A stretch of 64,000 bases of DNA, taken from NCBI RefSeq assembly GCF_000143415.4, contig NW_003314268.1, positions 1,658,672-1,722,671 on the forward strand, in the 5' to 3' direction. The DNA comes from Selaginella moellendorffii (lineage: Eukaryota; Plantae; Lycopodiophyta). The notes beneath the pieces were generated by a model, which worked only from the letters and a program-made list of their open reading frames with translations, was not told the DNA's origin and did no database searches. A program made the position numbers and the translations under genes. Within the stretch, counting starts at the first letter, position 1. Every line of letters starts with the position of its first letter. Shown here piece by piece: positions 49,148 to 63,090 of the stretch.

Positions 49148-52100
49148 TGTAAGCGACTAAATTTTCCATTCTACTTTAGTCACTTAACCACACCTTTGAC
49201 CACTTGGAGAAGTCTCATTCACAATCTCCTTAAGTCCAATTCAGGACTTGGGACTTGCTAGCCCCAAGGATGGCATCCATGCCACTCATCCCTTGCACTT
49301 AGTCCAAGTGCTCCATGTGTCCAGTCCCAAGACCGATACCCAAAGGTACCACTGACATATCGGCCCGTTACACTAAGGCCATGCCCATTCACCTTTGCCG
49401 CACTGGTTGTCCAATACCACTTGCATCACAATCCCGTCTCTCCAAGACTAGGCCATCTGTCCACAAGTGGTCAACCTAGATCCACTCCTTAGCATCCTTA
49501 GGATGCCTACAGACATGGGGAATAGCCTTCCCCAATATCCCTTTGTCAGTTCCTACCAAGTCCCTTTTCTATCTATGGCCATGTTCACTGACACTGCCAC
49601 TAGATCAAGGCCCACAGGCCTGACCACTAAGTGCCATGGTCCTCTGGGACTTCCTCACTATATGACTATATCCTTAGTCACTACACTAGAGGACCGCTCC
49701 TCCTCCTTTCCCCATGTGGGACTCCGGGACAACATTTCGGAATACCGTGGGCCTATGTGAGCCCTGTGGGTACTCTCCCCACCTTCTGCCTTTAGGTGCT
49801 CTAGCCATGGGCTTAGAGCGAGGTTCTGTTAAGCCATATCTGGTATCCAAGTAGGTAGTGCCACCCACACTTGGACTGGGAGCATCGGCCAGTCGATCTC
49901 CCGGGAGAACTAGAGCTGGCTCTTGAATACTTCACCAAGCTACCCTGTGAAGCTATCCTCTTAGTCTGGAGGAGAATGACCGAAGGAAAGGTGTAAAGCC
50001 AAAATCAAGTAGTAAGGGGATAGAACCGAACTGTAGGAATCGAAGGGCATGACCAAAGTTGGTTATGCCAGCTGGGAGTGGAGAATCAAGTGGGGGCTCG
50101 AGGATGTTGTTGCTAACAATTTTGATGCCATGGAGAGTCTAAAATATAGAATTGTCCATGTTAGACTATATGGCAACTAGAAAGCTTGCGAAAAGGGAGG
50201 CTTAGGCAAGCTAAGGGATAGAGTCCCTTCAAGGTTCCCAAAAACGATTCTAGGTAGCTTAGTACCTAGAAAGGCCAAAGTGTAAATGGTTCACAGAACG
50301 CGCAAAACCAAAGTGGCGCAACAAAAGCATGGTATTGAAGCTTGTCAGGAGGCAAGGCTATCAAGGTTAGGAAAGTAGTTCCCAAGTGTTCAAAGAGAGG
50401 GCTTTGAATGAAAGTCGATGGTCAAAGACTTTCACGCTTATGGAGGAACCATGTTATGGTGGTCGAAGGACTTGCCAAGCGAGATTGGCAAGTCAGGGGA
50501 TCAAATACCCTAGTTGGAGGTGATAACTTCATAAAGGGGGGCCATGGGGCCAAGCGTGGAGGAGTCCATACATGATCACAGACGTGTCAAGTGAGAGGAC
50601 TTGGCAATGTGGAGGAACTAGGTTCCTAAACTGTGATTTATAGCGCGCTTTAAGTATAAGTTGGTGCACCGGCGTGGGGAGTCACGCCAGGCATCTAGGG
50701 TGATGCCGTCTGTAGATACATATACGGAGGTTGGGTTCGAGTCCCGACCCTCTAGTGTTTGGGTTCGAGTCCCAAATCACTAGGGCGTGGTGATGGTTTG
50801 GAATATGAGGACACTCATTTTTCGGTGGTCATGGACTCTTAGTGAGGAGACTGGTTTGGGCACACTGCCAAGCGAGGGATGCCTCGGAGTCGTGATGCAC
50901 GGTTAGATTGCTTAGAGTGAAAGCTCGGCATATCTAACTTGAACACTTTGGTGCAAAGGGCACCAAGGACGTGGTGAATGAGATGGGGACACCCAGTCTC
51001 AGTTGCTATGGATCCTTGGCTGGAAGGGCTGGCTTGGGCATACCACCAAGTGTGGGGGATGCCCCCGGGGTCATAGTCAACAATTTAAAAGGGTCTAGAA
51101 GACGTAGTTCCTATTGGTAGACCTATTAAGGGGTCAAGATGAGATCACCAGGTGATCTTGTGGCTAAACAAAGACAAGGTCTTTGTTTGGGTTAAAGAAT
51201 ATGATTCCCAGTTCAAAGTGTTGATTTGAACTATTGATAATGGTGTGGCTTGGTCGAGGTGACCAAGTGGGAAGGACACCTAAAGGGAAATCAATTGTGC
51301 CAATACGATGGTATAGTAAGTCCAAGAAAGTAGTCTCGGGGAGAGACCCATGAGAGGGTCACAATGTTGAGTCGTGGAAGGGGCCCATAACAGAAGTTGC
51401 TAAAGAGACGTACTAGGGGTGAGCACCCTCTGGACTTAGCGAAGTGGAGCTTTGCCATGGAACCAAAAGAATACCTCAAGGAGGGAAGTAGTGATCCTGT
51501 GTTGCTTGATGCAAAAATCAATGGATAAGAGCAAAAGACTAGTGGCCAAGTTTGGGCCATGGAATTTAATGGGAGGAATCCAAATGGCAAGGTTAGCCAA
51601 GGAACACTAATGTGTTTGATACTAACGGATTGCGGGAAAGGAAGTGGATTTCCAAGGATAGATTCCCAAGTGCTCCAATTTGGCAAGTAAAAGCTCCAAG
51701 TGAGGAGCGGCAAAGTAGCCAAAGGATAGGGCTATGGACAGCACTGGCACAAATGATGATAATTGGAATGTAATGCCAAGGGTAGCACAAAATAGAAAAG
51801 AGGATGATGGTGCCCTCAAGTAGAGAACTTCCTAGGATAGGGAAGTGGACTTGCACAATATGCACAATGCAAGGTGTTGGAGACACCTAGGCAATTGACT
51901 TCAAGAAGTCAAAAGTAAACGTTCCAAAGTGCAAAGGTTATATCGATGGAAACTGAAACTACTCGAGAAGTAGCAGGATTGAGATATAGACGGTGTCTCT
52001 AACAGGTTTAACGAGAACTAAACCAATAAAAGTAGAAAACCACTACAAGTGGTCCAATCAGTCTCTAAGTTGGAGAGACTATCCTCCTTGGAAGATGGGC

Positions 52101-53337
52101 AAGGCATGGCAAACCATTGACGAATATTGGCAAGGGGCCAAGGATGGAAATGGTAATACAAGTTGGTATTACTTTATAAAATAGTTTATCGTTTGATGAG
52201 GACATCGAACTTCGTCGATGGGTGGTGGAGTTGTGAGACACAAAATCCCTAGGCCCCAAAGTGGCGCCACATGGTAGTGGCTGAAGCGAAAGCCAAACGA
52301 GTGTAACACGTTTGGAATAAAAGCTCCAACTTGGAAGGTCGAGAGCAGGAGTGGAACTCCCAACAAAGTGCTCGAGGAGCAAGCACGAGGCAACTAATAA
52401 GCAAGGCTCCAAAAAGGGACCCAAAAAGGACCCGAGGTGGAGTCCGAAATGGACCCGAGATGGAGTCTGAGATGGACCCGAGATGGAGTCTGAGATGGAC
52501 CAAGATGGAGTCCGAGATGGAGTTCGAGATGGAGTTCGAGATGGACCCAAGATGGAGTCCGAGATGGACCCGAGATGGACCGAGATGGAGTCCGAGATGG
52601 AGTCCGAAATGGACCCGAGGTGGAGTCCGAGATGGACCCGAGATAGAGTCCGAAGTCGAGACCGAGACCGAGACCGGGACCGGGACCGGGACCAAGACCG
52701 AGACCGAGGCTGAGGCTGAGACCAAGCCCAAGTCCAAGTCCGAGTCCGAGTCCAAGTCCGAGTCCGAATCCGAGTTCGAGTCCGAGTTCGAGTCCGAGTT
52801 TGAGTCTGAGAGGGTGAAAGCCCAAAGCGTTTGTCTCCCAGACCCTAGGGGGTTTGGTGAGCTCCAAAAGTATAGTAAGGGGGAGGACTGTAATGGAGCC
52901 AGTTTGGCCAGGAAAGGCCAATTTGGCCCAAGAAAGCCAGACCTAGTGTTGGGTGATGAACTGACCACTGGGAAGTCCAAGACTAGAGTGAATATGGACT
53001 GATACCATCTTAGACTCCTTCTCGGACTCCATTTTGGGTCTATCTCGAGTCCATCTCAAGTCCATCTTGGACTTCATCTTAGGTCCATCTCAGACTCCGT
53101 CTTAACACTTCCATATGTCATGTGTTGGTTCTCTTGTGTCTCTTTTTTAAAGACTCACTTATTAATCGCTTCATGCTCGTTCCTCAAACACTTCGTTAGG
53201 AGTTTCACTCCTACTCTCATCTTTTTGAGTTGAAGCTTTTAGTTTAAACATGTTATGCTCATTTGGCTTTTGCTTCAGCCACTACTACATAGCACCCTTT
53301 TGGCTCCACTTTGGGGCTTAGGGATTTGTGTCTCACA
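49148..53337. mobile_element. Rearranged family A retroelement: LTR part, inverted internal region plus 3' LTR part, LTR end
   Basis: LTR piece 49148-~49945; opposite-orientation internal region with PPT GGGTGGTGGAG and LTR start at 52232, running to ~53002; LTR end 53003-53337. Confidence 0.8.
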
Positions 53338-53339
53338 GT

Positions 53340-54540
53340 AAAAGCTGTGACTAAAGCTAGTGGGGGCTTGTTACAAAGCCTCCCAATTTCATATCATCTG
53401 TAAAAATGTTTTATGATGGATTTCATCACAGGACTCCCCCCAAGTGAGGGGTTTGATGCAATATTTGTGGTGATGAATTGATTATCTAAAATGACATATT
53501 TCATACCTACCACAATAGAAATGGATATAGAAGGTATGGTGAAATTGTTCTTTAAACAAGTGATTTGAGTGTGGGGAAGGCCAGAAGAAATTATCTCAGA
53601 TTGAGATAAGATTTTCACTAGTAGATTCTAGATAACACTCTTAGAATAGTATCGCACCAAGTTAAAATTCAGCACAACCTATCACCCACAGACAGGTATT
53701 GGGTATTGAGAGAAATATAATGGCAATAACACTTCTTGACAGATGAACAAATAGAAAGGGTGAACAGACAAGTGGAGGGTTATTTACAATGCTATATCTT
53801 TGGAGACCAAACTAATTACGTAAATCATTTGGGACTTGCAGAAATATGCTATAATAACTTACCACATTCGAATATCCGGGTGAGTCCATAGAAAGTCATC
53901 AATAGGTGAGTTATTGAAGGTTTTATAGAACTCAGCATTGCCGAGTATCATAGAGAGTTACCCGCAATAAAGGTATTCATGGTGGAAAGACTCAACATTT
54001 GGAATCTAGTAATGGATTCCTTAAAACGGGCTTAACAGAGGCAAACCAAATACACAAACTAAAAACAAAAAGATATAGAGTTCTAACCTAGAGAGAAGGT
54101 GTGGCTAAATACCAAGAATCTAAGATTACCAAGTGGGATCAACCAAAAGTTGACCCAAAGGTAAAATGCATATATTCTTAGAAATGAACTGATCTTGAGT
54201 TTTTTAAGCAAGTTTGTAAAGCTTATGAGATTGAGGCTCAAATTGGTAAGATAGTTTACTGCCTGCAACTTCCCCGGGAGATGGGGAAAATGCATCTTGT
54301 GTTCCATGTGAACTTACTCAAGCTATACTTTGAGGACCCACTTTGTAAGAACCAAGTAAAACTTTTACTCGAAGTTATCCAAGGGGAAGAAGAATACAAT
54401 GTCAAAGCCATCTTAAATGCATGCAAGAGCAAGCGACAAAGATGTGAGGTGAAGGAGTTCCATATAAAGTGGAAAGGATTTCCAGTTTGCGAAGTAACAT
54501 GGGAACCAGAGGAGAACTTAACAAACATGTAAGATTTAGT
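53340..54540 (+). pseudogene. Chromovirus (Ty3/Gypsy) integrase-chromodomain remnant
   Basis: FSTTYHPQT; MHLVFHVNLLKLY..EEYNVKAIL..HIKWKGFPVCEVTWEPEENL; many stops. Confidence 0.85.
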
Positions 54541-56289
54541 GGAGGAATTTTTGCAAAGTAAAACTTTATGTATTTATGTAAAGTTTAATTAAAGTATCTA
54601 CTCATGAAATTAATTAATGTCATATGTTAGGACCCGAAGGTAAGTTAATTAGCATAGGTTTAGCTAGGTTGACCAAGTATAGAAAGTTATGCTCAAATCC
54701 CTAAGGGGATGTCAAATCCATAGATATATTTTATGGAGGTTAGGTTCAAGTCCCAACCCTCTAATAAAGCAAAATCGGGTTCAAATCCTAACCTTATACT
54801 AGAGCAAGGTGAGGTGAGAGGTATAGGGACACCAATATCTTGTTGGTATGGGCTTTTAGTCGGGAGGCTAACTTAGGGACACTCTTCGAAGATATAGTCA
54901 ACAAATTAAAGGATTAAATAAAGATATTTGATGTGGGCATTGAACTTGTTCTATGGGTGGTGGAATTATAAAGAACCAACTCCCCAAGGTGTTGTAAGCT
55001 AAATGATCTCTAAAACCATGACCAAAACAATAAATAATTTATCAGTTGAAACCAAGTTTAAAATCAAGTCCAAAACCAACTCTAAGACCAAGTTCAAGAC
55101 CAAGTCCGAGACCGAGTCTAAGATCTGAGATTGGGCAATCTTAGACTCGATTTTGGACTCGATCCCAAGCTTGATTTGGACTCTGTCTCACTTAATCTCG
55201 AACTCAGTCTTGGACGAGTCCAAATACTAATATAGGTCATGGGGTGAAAGCCTGAAGTGATCGTCCCAAGAGCGGCGGGGAGCTATAGAGGGTTCCCAAA
55301 GTATAGTAAGGATAGTGAGGTCTAGGAACCAATCTTGAAAAAACTCTCCAATAGTGCTTCCAAACTGACTTGAGGTTGGGATTAAGGGTTTGGGGCCTTG
55401 AGTGGGAGTGAGCACAGACTTGGGTGGTGCCAGAAAGGCCACCTAAAGAAGTGCTCAAGAACAACTCCTATTCTTAGAAAGGAAATTGATTATAGTGCTT
55501 CCGACTCATGTGAAGTAGTGCTCCACTTGAGTACCATATAGCTTATTAGTCCTCACTCCTTCCTAAAGGCTTGGGCCTTCCCTTTGGGATGGAGTGGGGG
55601 AGTAAAGGTACTTATACTAGGCTATTAGGCTATGGTGTTTTCCCTTTGGGTCCCAAAGTAAAAGATACACCCAAAGCTTAGGATTTAGAAAGTCCTATGA
55701 TCAAATTTTATTGTACTAAAGGATGTTAGAAATTTGGAGGCTTGGTGTGCTTGGCTACTTATGCCTATAAAGAGTGTATCTAAACCTTGAAGCCAATCTA
55801 ATCTAGGGAGGGGGATACTTGATTTCAGCTACTCACTACACAAGTATTAGAATTTTCCCTATCCATCCAAATAGAGAACTTTAGTAAGGGAATTTAACTA
55901 AAACCAAAGTAGTAATGGTCAGATAGACAAGGTAAATTGGCAAATTAGAAAGGAAAAATTGTGACTTATAATGTTAAATGCTTAAATATACGTTCATTGC
56001 TATAATTTAGAGTAAAAAAACTTTGTGGTCATGATTTATATGTTAAGATTTTAATATCTAAGCCTTGTCAGGAGAAAGTAAGCTCATCTATGGTAAACTT
56101 ACAACCCTACATAATTTAATTATATTTGATTTTTTTTACTATTGCACTACATAGTTGAAAACTATATAATTTTACTTGCTATCTCTTCCATTCCATTTTG
56201 CTTGTAAGTCCAAGATCTTTGTGCCAAACCTCCCCTTCATTATATTGAGCCTTTACTTTATTATGCTAAACCTTCACTTGGATGCAAGG

Positions 56290-56700
56290 TATAATGTATG
56301 TGATTATAGGATAAGATTTAAATATACTATCATCGTGAATTCTTAGAACCTTAGGGGATAAATGGGGGTAAAATAACCATTAAAGGCATTTTTATTAGGA
56401 AATTACTCTTTTTTCCAATTGGATTAAAAGAAGAGAGATAAGTGCGTTACATATGGTATCGAAGTAAATGGCATTAGTTTGATTAGTGGCTATTTAAAAT
56501 ATAATTCTACCTCTAAATTTGAAATCATACGTATTAGGCATCTTATAAAAAGAATTATATAAATAATAATGGTGGATGGCCCAGTGCCATTTGCTCTAAT
56601 TCCCATTAATTAGTGGCTATTTAAAACATAATCCTACCCCTAAATTTGAAATCATATGTATTAGACATCTTATAAAAACAATTATATAAATAATAATGGT
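56290..56700 (+). mobile_element. Degenerate partial copy of the TRIM
   Basis: Similar to the 47390 LTR, followed by tggtatcgaagt and a duplicated piece of the internal region. Confidence 0.65.
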
Positions 56701-59699
56701 GAATTGCCTAGTAGCTTTGTTGCTTTATATTCATGTGTTGCTTAAAGCATCACAATGAAGTCATATAAAATCTGCATTTTAAAAGAAAAAAAACCCATAA
56801 ATATGTGCTTTTGATATGATCACTCACATACTATACTCGTTGCCATGTGGAAGACAAAAGCTTGCTTCAATCACGAGAGACAATGCTATGTACACAAGAA
56901 AAACAAAGTCACTACAACTCACAATTCGCAAACAAAGAATTGATTGCTGCTTACATAGAATGTGTGTTTTGGAGAAAGAATGATGTTTACAATTGATCCT
57001 TACCCTTCTACTCCTTAAAACTTGCATGTGCATGAGAAAATGTGATGGCTAAATCAAGAAATAAAAACTACATTACTACAACACCCATGGTTGAGATGCC
57101 ATAAGAAAAAACTTATGCTTGTTACTAGCCTATGATTGATCCTCATTAATGCCAATCAATCTTACCACCAGTCAAGTCAATCTTCACCCTTGAGCTCTTA
57201 CACACATGATAATGCACTACAACACCTATGCTCATGAGAGAAAACCTTGCACTAGTGCTGCCTGCAATCAATGACACTTACCAAAACTCTAGCCACACTT
57301 GCTATGCTCTCGAAAGAGAAGCCAAGAGCCTGCAAGAGAAGGCAGTAAGCAAGAAAAAGGTGGCAAGTAAGAAATGAGTGCCAAGGCAACCAAGAAACTA
57401 GCTAGGCATGCCAAAATGAATGAGAGATATGTATGGCAATGTCAAGAAGCCTCACAATTGTGCAGGCAACCCAATGCCCAAGATGAGAAATATCATAAAT
57501 CTGTACAACAGATGTCACTCTCACAGCATTTTCACTTTTACCCTTCTTGATATAGCTGTCCAATGTGGCATTTGTCTTCTCTTCTGGCACCATATGTTTA
57601 ACACATGGCATGATGATGTGGCAGGATCCATGAGAACCCATCAAAATCATATACCACTTTCCAATCTCTACAACAATTGAAATTTGATAGGAGTATGTTT
57701 GCAAACTTTGTAAATAGCAACAACAAAAAATTGTATGGACTCTTCTTCTAGATTCAGGCTTATAGCATCACTTTTTAGTTAATTAATATAATTAATAATC
57801 AATATATAGAGTCTCTAATTGATATGGTGTATAGGCTTGAAATAATAATTAATATATTAATAAAGGACATAGTTAATATAACCCAGACCCAAATAATGAG
57901 TTAAAATTTTAATTGTTTTTCTACGTGAAGAGCACTAGAAGCATAAGATCAGAAGCCTTTTCCTTTGCCTCAATCCAAAATGTTTTGTTGTGGAAATGAT
58001 GCTATAAAAGTCTTTTCGTTTTTTATAGAAAACAAATTTAACACTTATTTTATATATAAATCATTTGTATCCGCAAGCAAACTTATAGACTTCTAAGTAG
58101 CAGTGATTTATCCATGGCTCAGATCTATTATCCTATTTTTTGAGCAGCCCAAACTTAAAAACCAGCCTCAACCTGACGAATTCTTGCCCATGAAAGAAGC
58201 ACGCTAGCACGATTGGACAGCAGGTTTTGGGCAAAAGAATGGACGTTCCATTGGATGACAGTGGAAACCAGCCTCTTTCCTTTTCTGTGTCAGAACTGTG
58301 CCGTGGGAACTTTGCATACACTGGATAAAATTTGAGGCAATCGAGAGGCAGTTTAGCTACCACCATTACTCGAATGTGCTCTGCAATCAGACATGCAGTG
58401 ATATCTGCATGTAAGAGAGGAAAACGTACAGTCGCTGCCTGTGCTCCCATCCTATGGACGCTTAGCTTGTTGGACATTGCAAAATAGCTTGAGGTCCCCA
58501 GCCAAGAGAGCCAGCAGCATCTCTCGGTACAAAAAACAGCACTTTGATCCTGCCAGGGAGCAGAGAACGCTGCTAGAAGGCAGTTATACATGAGCTTCGG
58601 AAAAAACTTTCGTGTTCTCCCTAGATCACGTACATGCTCATAGCAGCTTTTCAGTCTCTACATGTATATAATTCGTGCTTCCTTTCACATTTTCTGAAAA
58701 AACTAGTCCGAGACAAAGTCCGTGAGACCCGAGGCCGCGGCAGTGTATGGAGATGCCAGATAAATCTGCACTTCTTTGTGGCCCATGCGTCCAGGAAAGT
58801 TGCGATTCGTGGTTGAAACACACACCTGGAGTTTCTCTAAGCTAAGAGGACAAAGGGAGAACTTAAAGAACATTACCTTGGGCTCATTCATTCAAGCATA
58901 GGTCTCTTTGGGACCCCCCAAGCATGCGGCACACGAGGGAGAAGTGGGACTGTCGCATCCAGCCTCCTCGAAGATCTGTGCACACGTTTTTCCGTCTGCC
59001 TCGGGGAGTGGCATTGCGTACAAGTCCACCCACACCTGCTGATCCATTAGTTTTGGATGAAAACGAAAAAAGAATGAATGAACCTTTTGTGTTGCCGGCA
59101 CGCGGAAGGTTGGAACCTTGACTTTTTGGCCCTGCGGAAGTTAAACAAAGAAGGGAAATGTAAGCCGCAGGGCGAAGGTAGAAAAAAAAGCTCTTTTACT
59201 CACGGCTTTGTTGAGGAGCTTGGCTGCAGCTACAACGTCCTCCGGGAAGGTAACTCGGCTTTGAGCTCCTGGACCTTCTTCAAGGCGTGCTTGTGTCTCA
59301 TCTGATCCAGCGGCCACGCAGCAAAGCCCTTGAGGAATTTCCAGCCTTTGTCCCTGCTGCTGCTGCTACTGCTGCTTCTCTTTCGCTTGCTTCCAGCGTC
59401 GCCTTTGTCCTCCAGAATCGCCTGTGGCGAGAAGTCTTCGAGCTCGGCAGACAACGCATTCTGGAAATCGAGGAATTCCGCCACGTGTATGCCGAAGCTT
59501 TGGTCGCAAGGGCCATCTTCAACCTGGAAAAGAACTCACGGAAAGCCATTAGAAAGGAAGAATTGCGAGTACCTTGTAAAGCATTGTGAGCTTTCGGGAA
59601 TTGGGATCTATGTGCGCGCTCACGTGAAAGTTGGAGATTCCTACAGGAGGACCTTTGCTGGGACCGTGAGCTGATGGACCTTGACGATGAGAAATGGAC

Positions 59700-61460
59700 G
59701 TGAGCTCGTGGAAGTGTGTTGCAAATAGAGTTGCAAATAGCTCTAGTCACATCCACTATGTACTCACAGATTGCCCAAGCCAGACCTGCCATTGTTTACA
59801 GAGCGTTAGAGAACACCAGAAAGTCTTGCAGTCAGCAAACTCGAACCAAATCCATCGTAAGTCGAGGTACCCCGGCCGAGTTCATAGAAGTCTCAGTTGC
59901 AGATTTTAATATCGCCAAGGTTTCGAGCATCTCTGCTAAACGTTGAAACACCACACAACTGCAGGAAAAGTTTTTATTCCTAGAACTTGAAGACGTAGCC
60001 GAGTTACCTGGCAGTCTCCTGCCAACCCGGGCGAAGATACAACTTCGTATGCTGATCTCAGCACGATCGCAGGGCAGAAAGCAGCCGACTTGAGCCATCA
60101 TGATATTCACACCAATCTAAATAAAAAGAGCTTGTATCAGACTCAGAGTAAGACGCAAGAAACTCTAAGCTTCACCTGACGGATATATGTTGATTTGCCT
60201 CCCATATTTGGCCCAGGCCTCGAATCTGCATTGTAAAGAAACAATTAGAACACATAGACATTATCTTTCGCTAAGCCTTCGAAGCTTGGAAGTCGTGAAC
60301 TTTATCGCACCGCAAGTTTCTTGCGAACTTTAGGCTCCTCCTCCTTCGTGCTCCTGAATACGTGCCCCCACTGCGTCGTTTTGTCCAGCTTCAGCGACTT
60401 ATCAGCAGGAAGATCCAAATCGTTGGTGGCTTGTTCATGAGCTTCACGGATCTCTTCCTCCACGGCATCACGGTCAGCTTTGATGGTTTTTAAGCTGCTG
60501 TCATATGATGCCGAAATGATGTACTCGCCATTCTTGATTTGATCCAGGTCGATGGCGCTTTCGATCAGTGCGTCCTATGTTCCGAGATGTTCAGCAAGCG
60601 TCCACTCTCTCAACGGAACGACGTACCGTTCCTCGATGGCGGACGCAAACTCGCCTTCATAACGTTCAAGAGCATCTTTGACGACGGAGAGACGAACACT
60701 TACCTGTATACTAATGATCAGAGCATCTACTGTAAGCAAGGTGTTCAGTAACTACGAACCTGATAAAGCTTCACGAGGTCTTGCAACGTAGCTCTCGACC
60801 TCTCGAGCTTCCGTGTCAGGCGCTCAACATCCGGCACACGTTTGAGGCAGTTCTTTAAACTTTCCCGCAGCTCGGCGTCTTCTACGAACATGTGGACGAC
60901 GTCATGCCTGTGCTTGGTCTCATCAACGTCAAGTAGAGGCTGCTTCAGCCACCTGTTCAGTAGCCTCTTGCCCATCCCAGCAGTGGACGTGCGATTCATC
61001 AGTCCAAAGAGGGTCGAGTTCTTGTTCGGATCATTCTTGGACTCGAGTACATGCAGCGCTCGCAATGCGGCCGCGTCCAGCCGCATGTATCTGTCGAGGC
61101 TGTACTGCTGAAGCCTATACTTCCCGTGATTACTGTCGTCTGCGAAGATATCCGTGTACGCAAGTAGAGCTGCTAATGCCGCTGACGCAACTTCATACTT
61201 GACAACGAGTTCTCGGAGCTCCCCAACCGATGTACTCTTGATAAGCCGGCTTAGATCTTGCTCGATGTCTCGGGACTTAAACTCCGCCTTCTTCTTCTCA
61301 GTCAGTCGCACGTTGCATCGAGCCAGCACGTCTCGGAGTCTCCGACCGTCGACGCTCTTGGCATGTTCCGCAGGAAGAACGCACTCCCGGCATCCCAGAG
61401 CGAGCAGAGCCGACTCCAAGTTCGTGTACTGATCGTCGTCTAGAAACTCTAGTGTACCAG
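59700..61460 (-). pseudogene. MSH2: MSH2 (MutS homolog 2) fragment with introns
   Basis: LEFLDDDQYTNLES, YMRLDAAALRAL, MGKRLLNRWLKQPL, MAQVGCFLPCD, ELGRGTSTYDGFG, ATHFHELT. In-frame TAG at 60577-60575; N-terminus, C-terminus and internal parts are missing. Confidence 0.9.
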
Positions 61461-61497
61461 CCACAGTTTCTCGATTTCGTCCTGAATTTTCTCTCAG

Positions 61498-62872
61498 GTG
61501 AGACACGCAATGACACTGACAGAAAATTCTCGCTCGCGCTTCCGAGAAGACAAAATTGGTGCCTGGGGAGAATGTGTGGGTCAATGCCGATGTTCTCATG
61601 ACACACAATGTTTGCGGGCCTGGGACCATTGGGATTTTCAAGAAGGAATTCGGTGCTAACGGTGGAATGTGCCCTCAGGTTTGGGATCCCGAGAAGATTG
61701 TGATCATCCCCGATCACTACATCTTTACTGCGGACGAGCGCGCTAATCGAAATGTGGATATTTTGCGGGACTTATCAAAAGAGCAAAGTATCAAGTATCT
61801 TTACGATATCATGACAGGGGTGACTTTCGGGTACGTTTGCGGTGTTTGTACGTGATTCTGTCGCTCTAACCCGGATTTGATGCAGGCAAATCCCGACTAC
61901 AAGGGTGTTTGCTACGTTGCTTTTGCTCATGAAGGTCACTGCCGTCTGGGCGAGGTGAGTCTGATCCTTGATGTCTTGTATTTCGTGAGAGACGGTTCAG
62001 TTTTTGTCTCTAGGTTCTTTTTGGAACTGACTCGCATAGTTGCACTACTGGAGCGTTTGGACAAATTCGCTACTGGAATAGGAAACACTGATGCTGGTTT
62101 CATCATGGGAACTGGAAATTTTTTACTAAAGGCAAGTAGGCGCTTTTTGCATCTTTGTTTCTTCTTACAAGCTTCGCTACTGCCTAGGTGCCCGGAACAT
62201 TAAGATTTGTTCTTGATGGAGAAATACCGTCATATTTGCTGGCCAAGGATTTGATACTGCAGGGGTTTTTGGATTTTTAGCGAGAGCTGGCTCCCTGTAC
62301 TTGAAGTACTTATATGCGCCTTGAGGCACACAGATCATTGGAGAGATCACTGTTTCCGGTGCAACATACAAATCAATGGAGTTTGTTGGGACAGCTGTAG
62401 AACGTATGACGGTCAGTATTTGTTTCCCTTGCCTCATCGAGATTGTCCACCTGATTTCGGGATCGGAACTCACGCAGATGGAGGACAGAATGATGCTGCG
62501 CAATATGGCGATTAAAATGGCGTTATGCCTGCGGATGAAGTCACCTATAGTTGTCTGAAGGGAAGTTTTAGTTTATTTGTTCGAAGGGCAAAACACACAA
62601 GGAGTTCGAATCCGTGTATAGTGACGCTGGTGCGACGTAAGCATTGAATGTTATGCCTTGCGTCATGTTGATACCTTTGCAAGTTTATACAGGAGTATAG
62701 AATTGATGTATCCAAGCTTGAACCAATAGTTGCGAAGGTACTGTAATTGTTTTGACCACTTGCAGTCAGTCTCTTTTTGTGTGCAGCCGCATTCTCCGGA
62801 TAAACGAGCATTAGCCAGGGACTGCAAAGATGTGAAGATCGACCGAGTGTACATTGGCTCCTGCACGGGAGG
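61498..62872 (+). pseudogene. leuC: 3-isopropylmalate dehydratase large subunit fragment with introns
   Basis: MTLTEKILARAS..VLMTHNVCGPG..IIPDHYIF, ANPDYKGVC, FATGIGNTDAG, GATYKSMEF, IDRVYIGSCTGG. Frameshifts, no transit-peptide exon, 3' truncated. Confidence 0.88.
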
Positions 62873-63090
62873 CATAGAAGCAATAGTGTAAAGGTATATA
62901 ATAGTTTCCAAGGCACATGAAATTTTACAATCTTTTGATTTTTTTATATTTGCAATAGTCTTTAAAATATACAATATTGTTTGTCCCGTGTTCAAATTTG
63001 CAATCTAACATTGGAATGGAAGTTAACAAAAAAACTTTGCCAGCACTATACAAAAAGAGGAAGCCATTGGGGGGTGGAAACTAGGTAGCA

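Noticed and set aside
60745-61641. Intact 298-aa MSH2 ORF
   Set aside because: Its first ~60 aa are antisense LeuC sequence, and downstream exons carry a stop and deletions.
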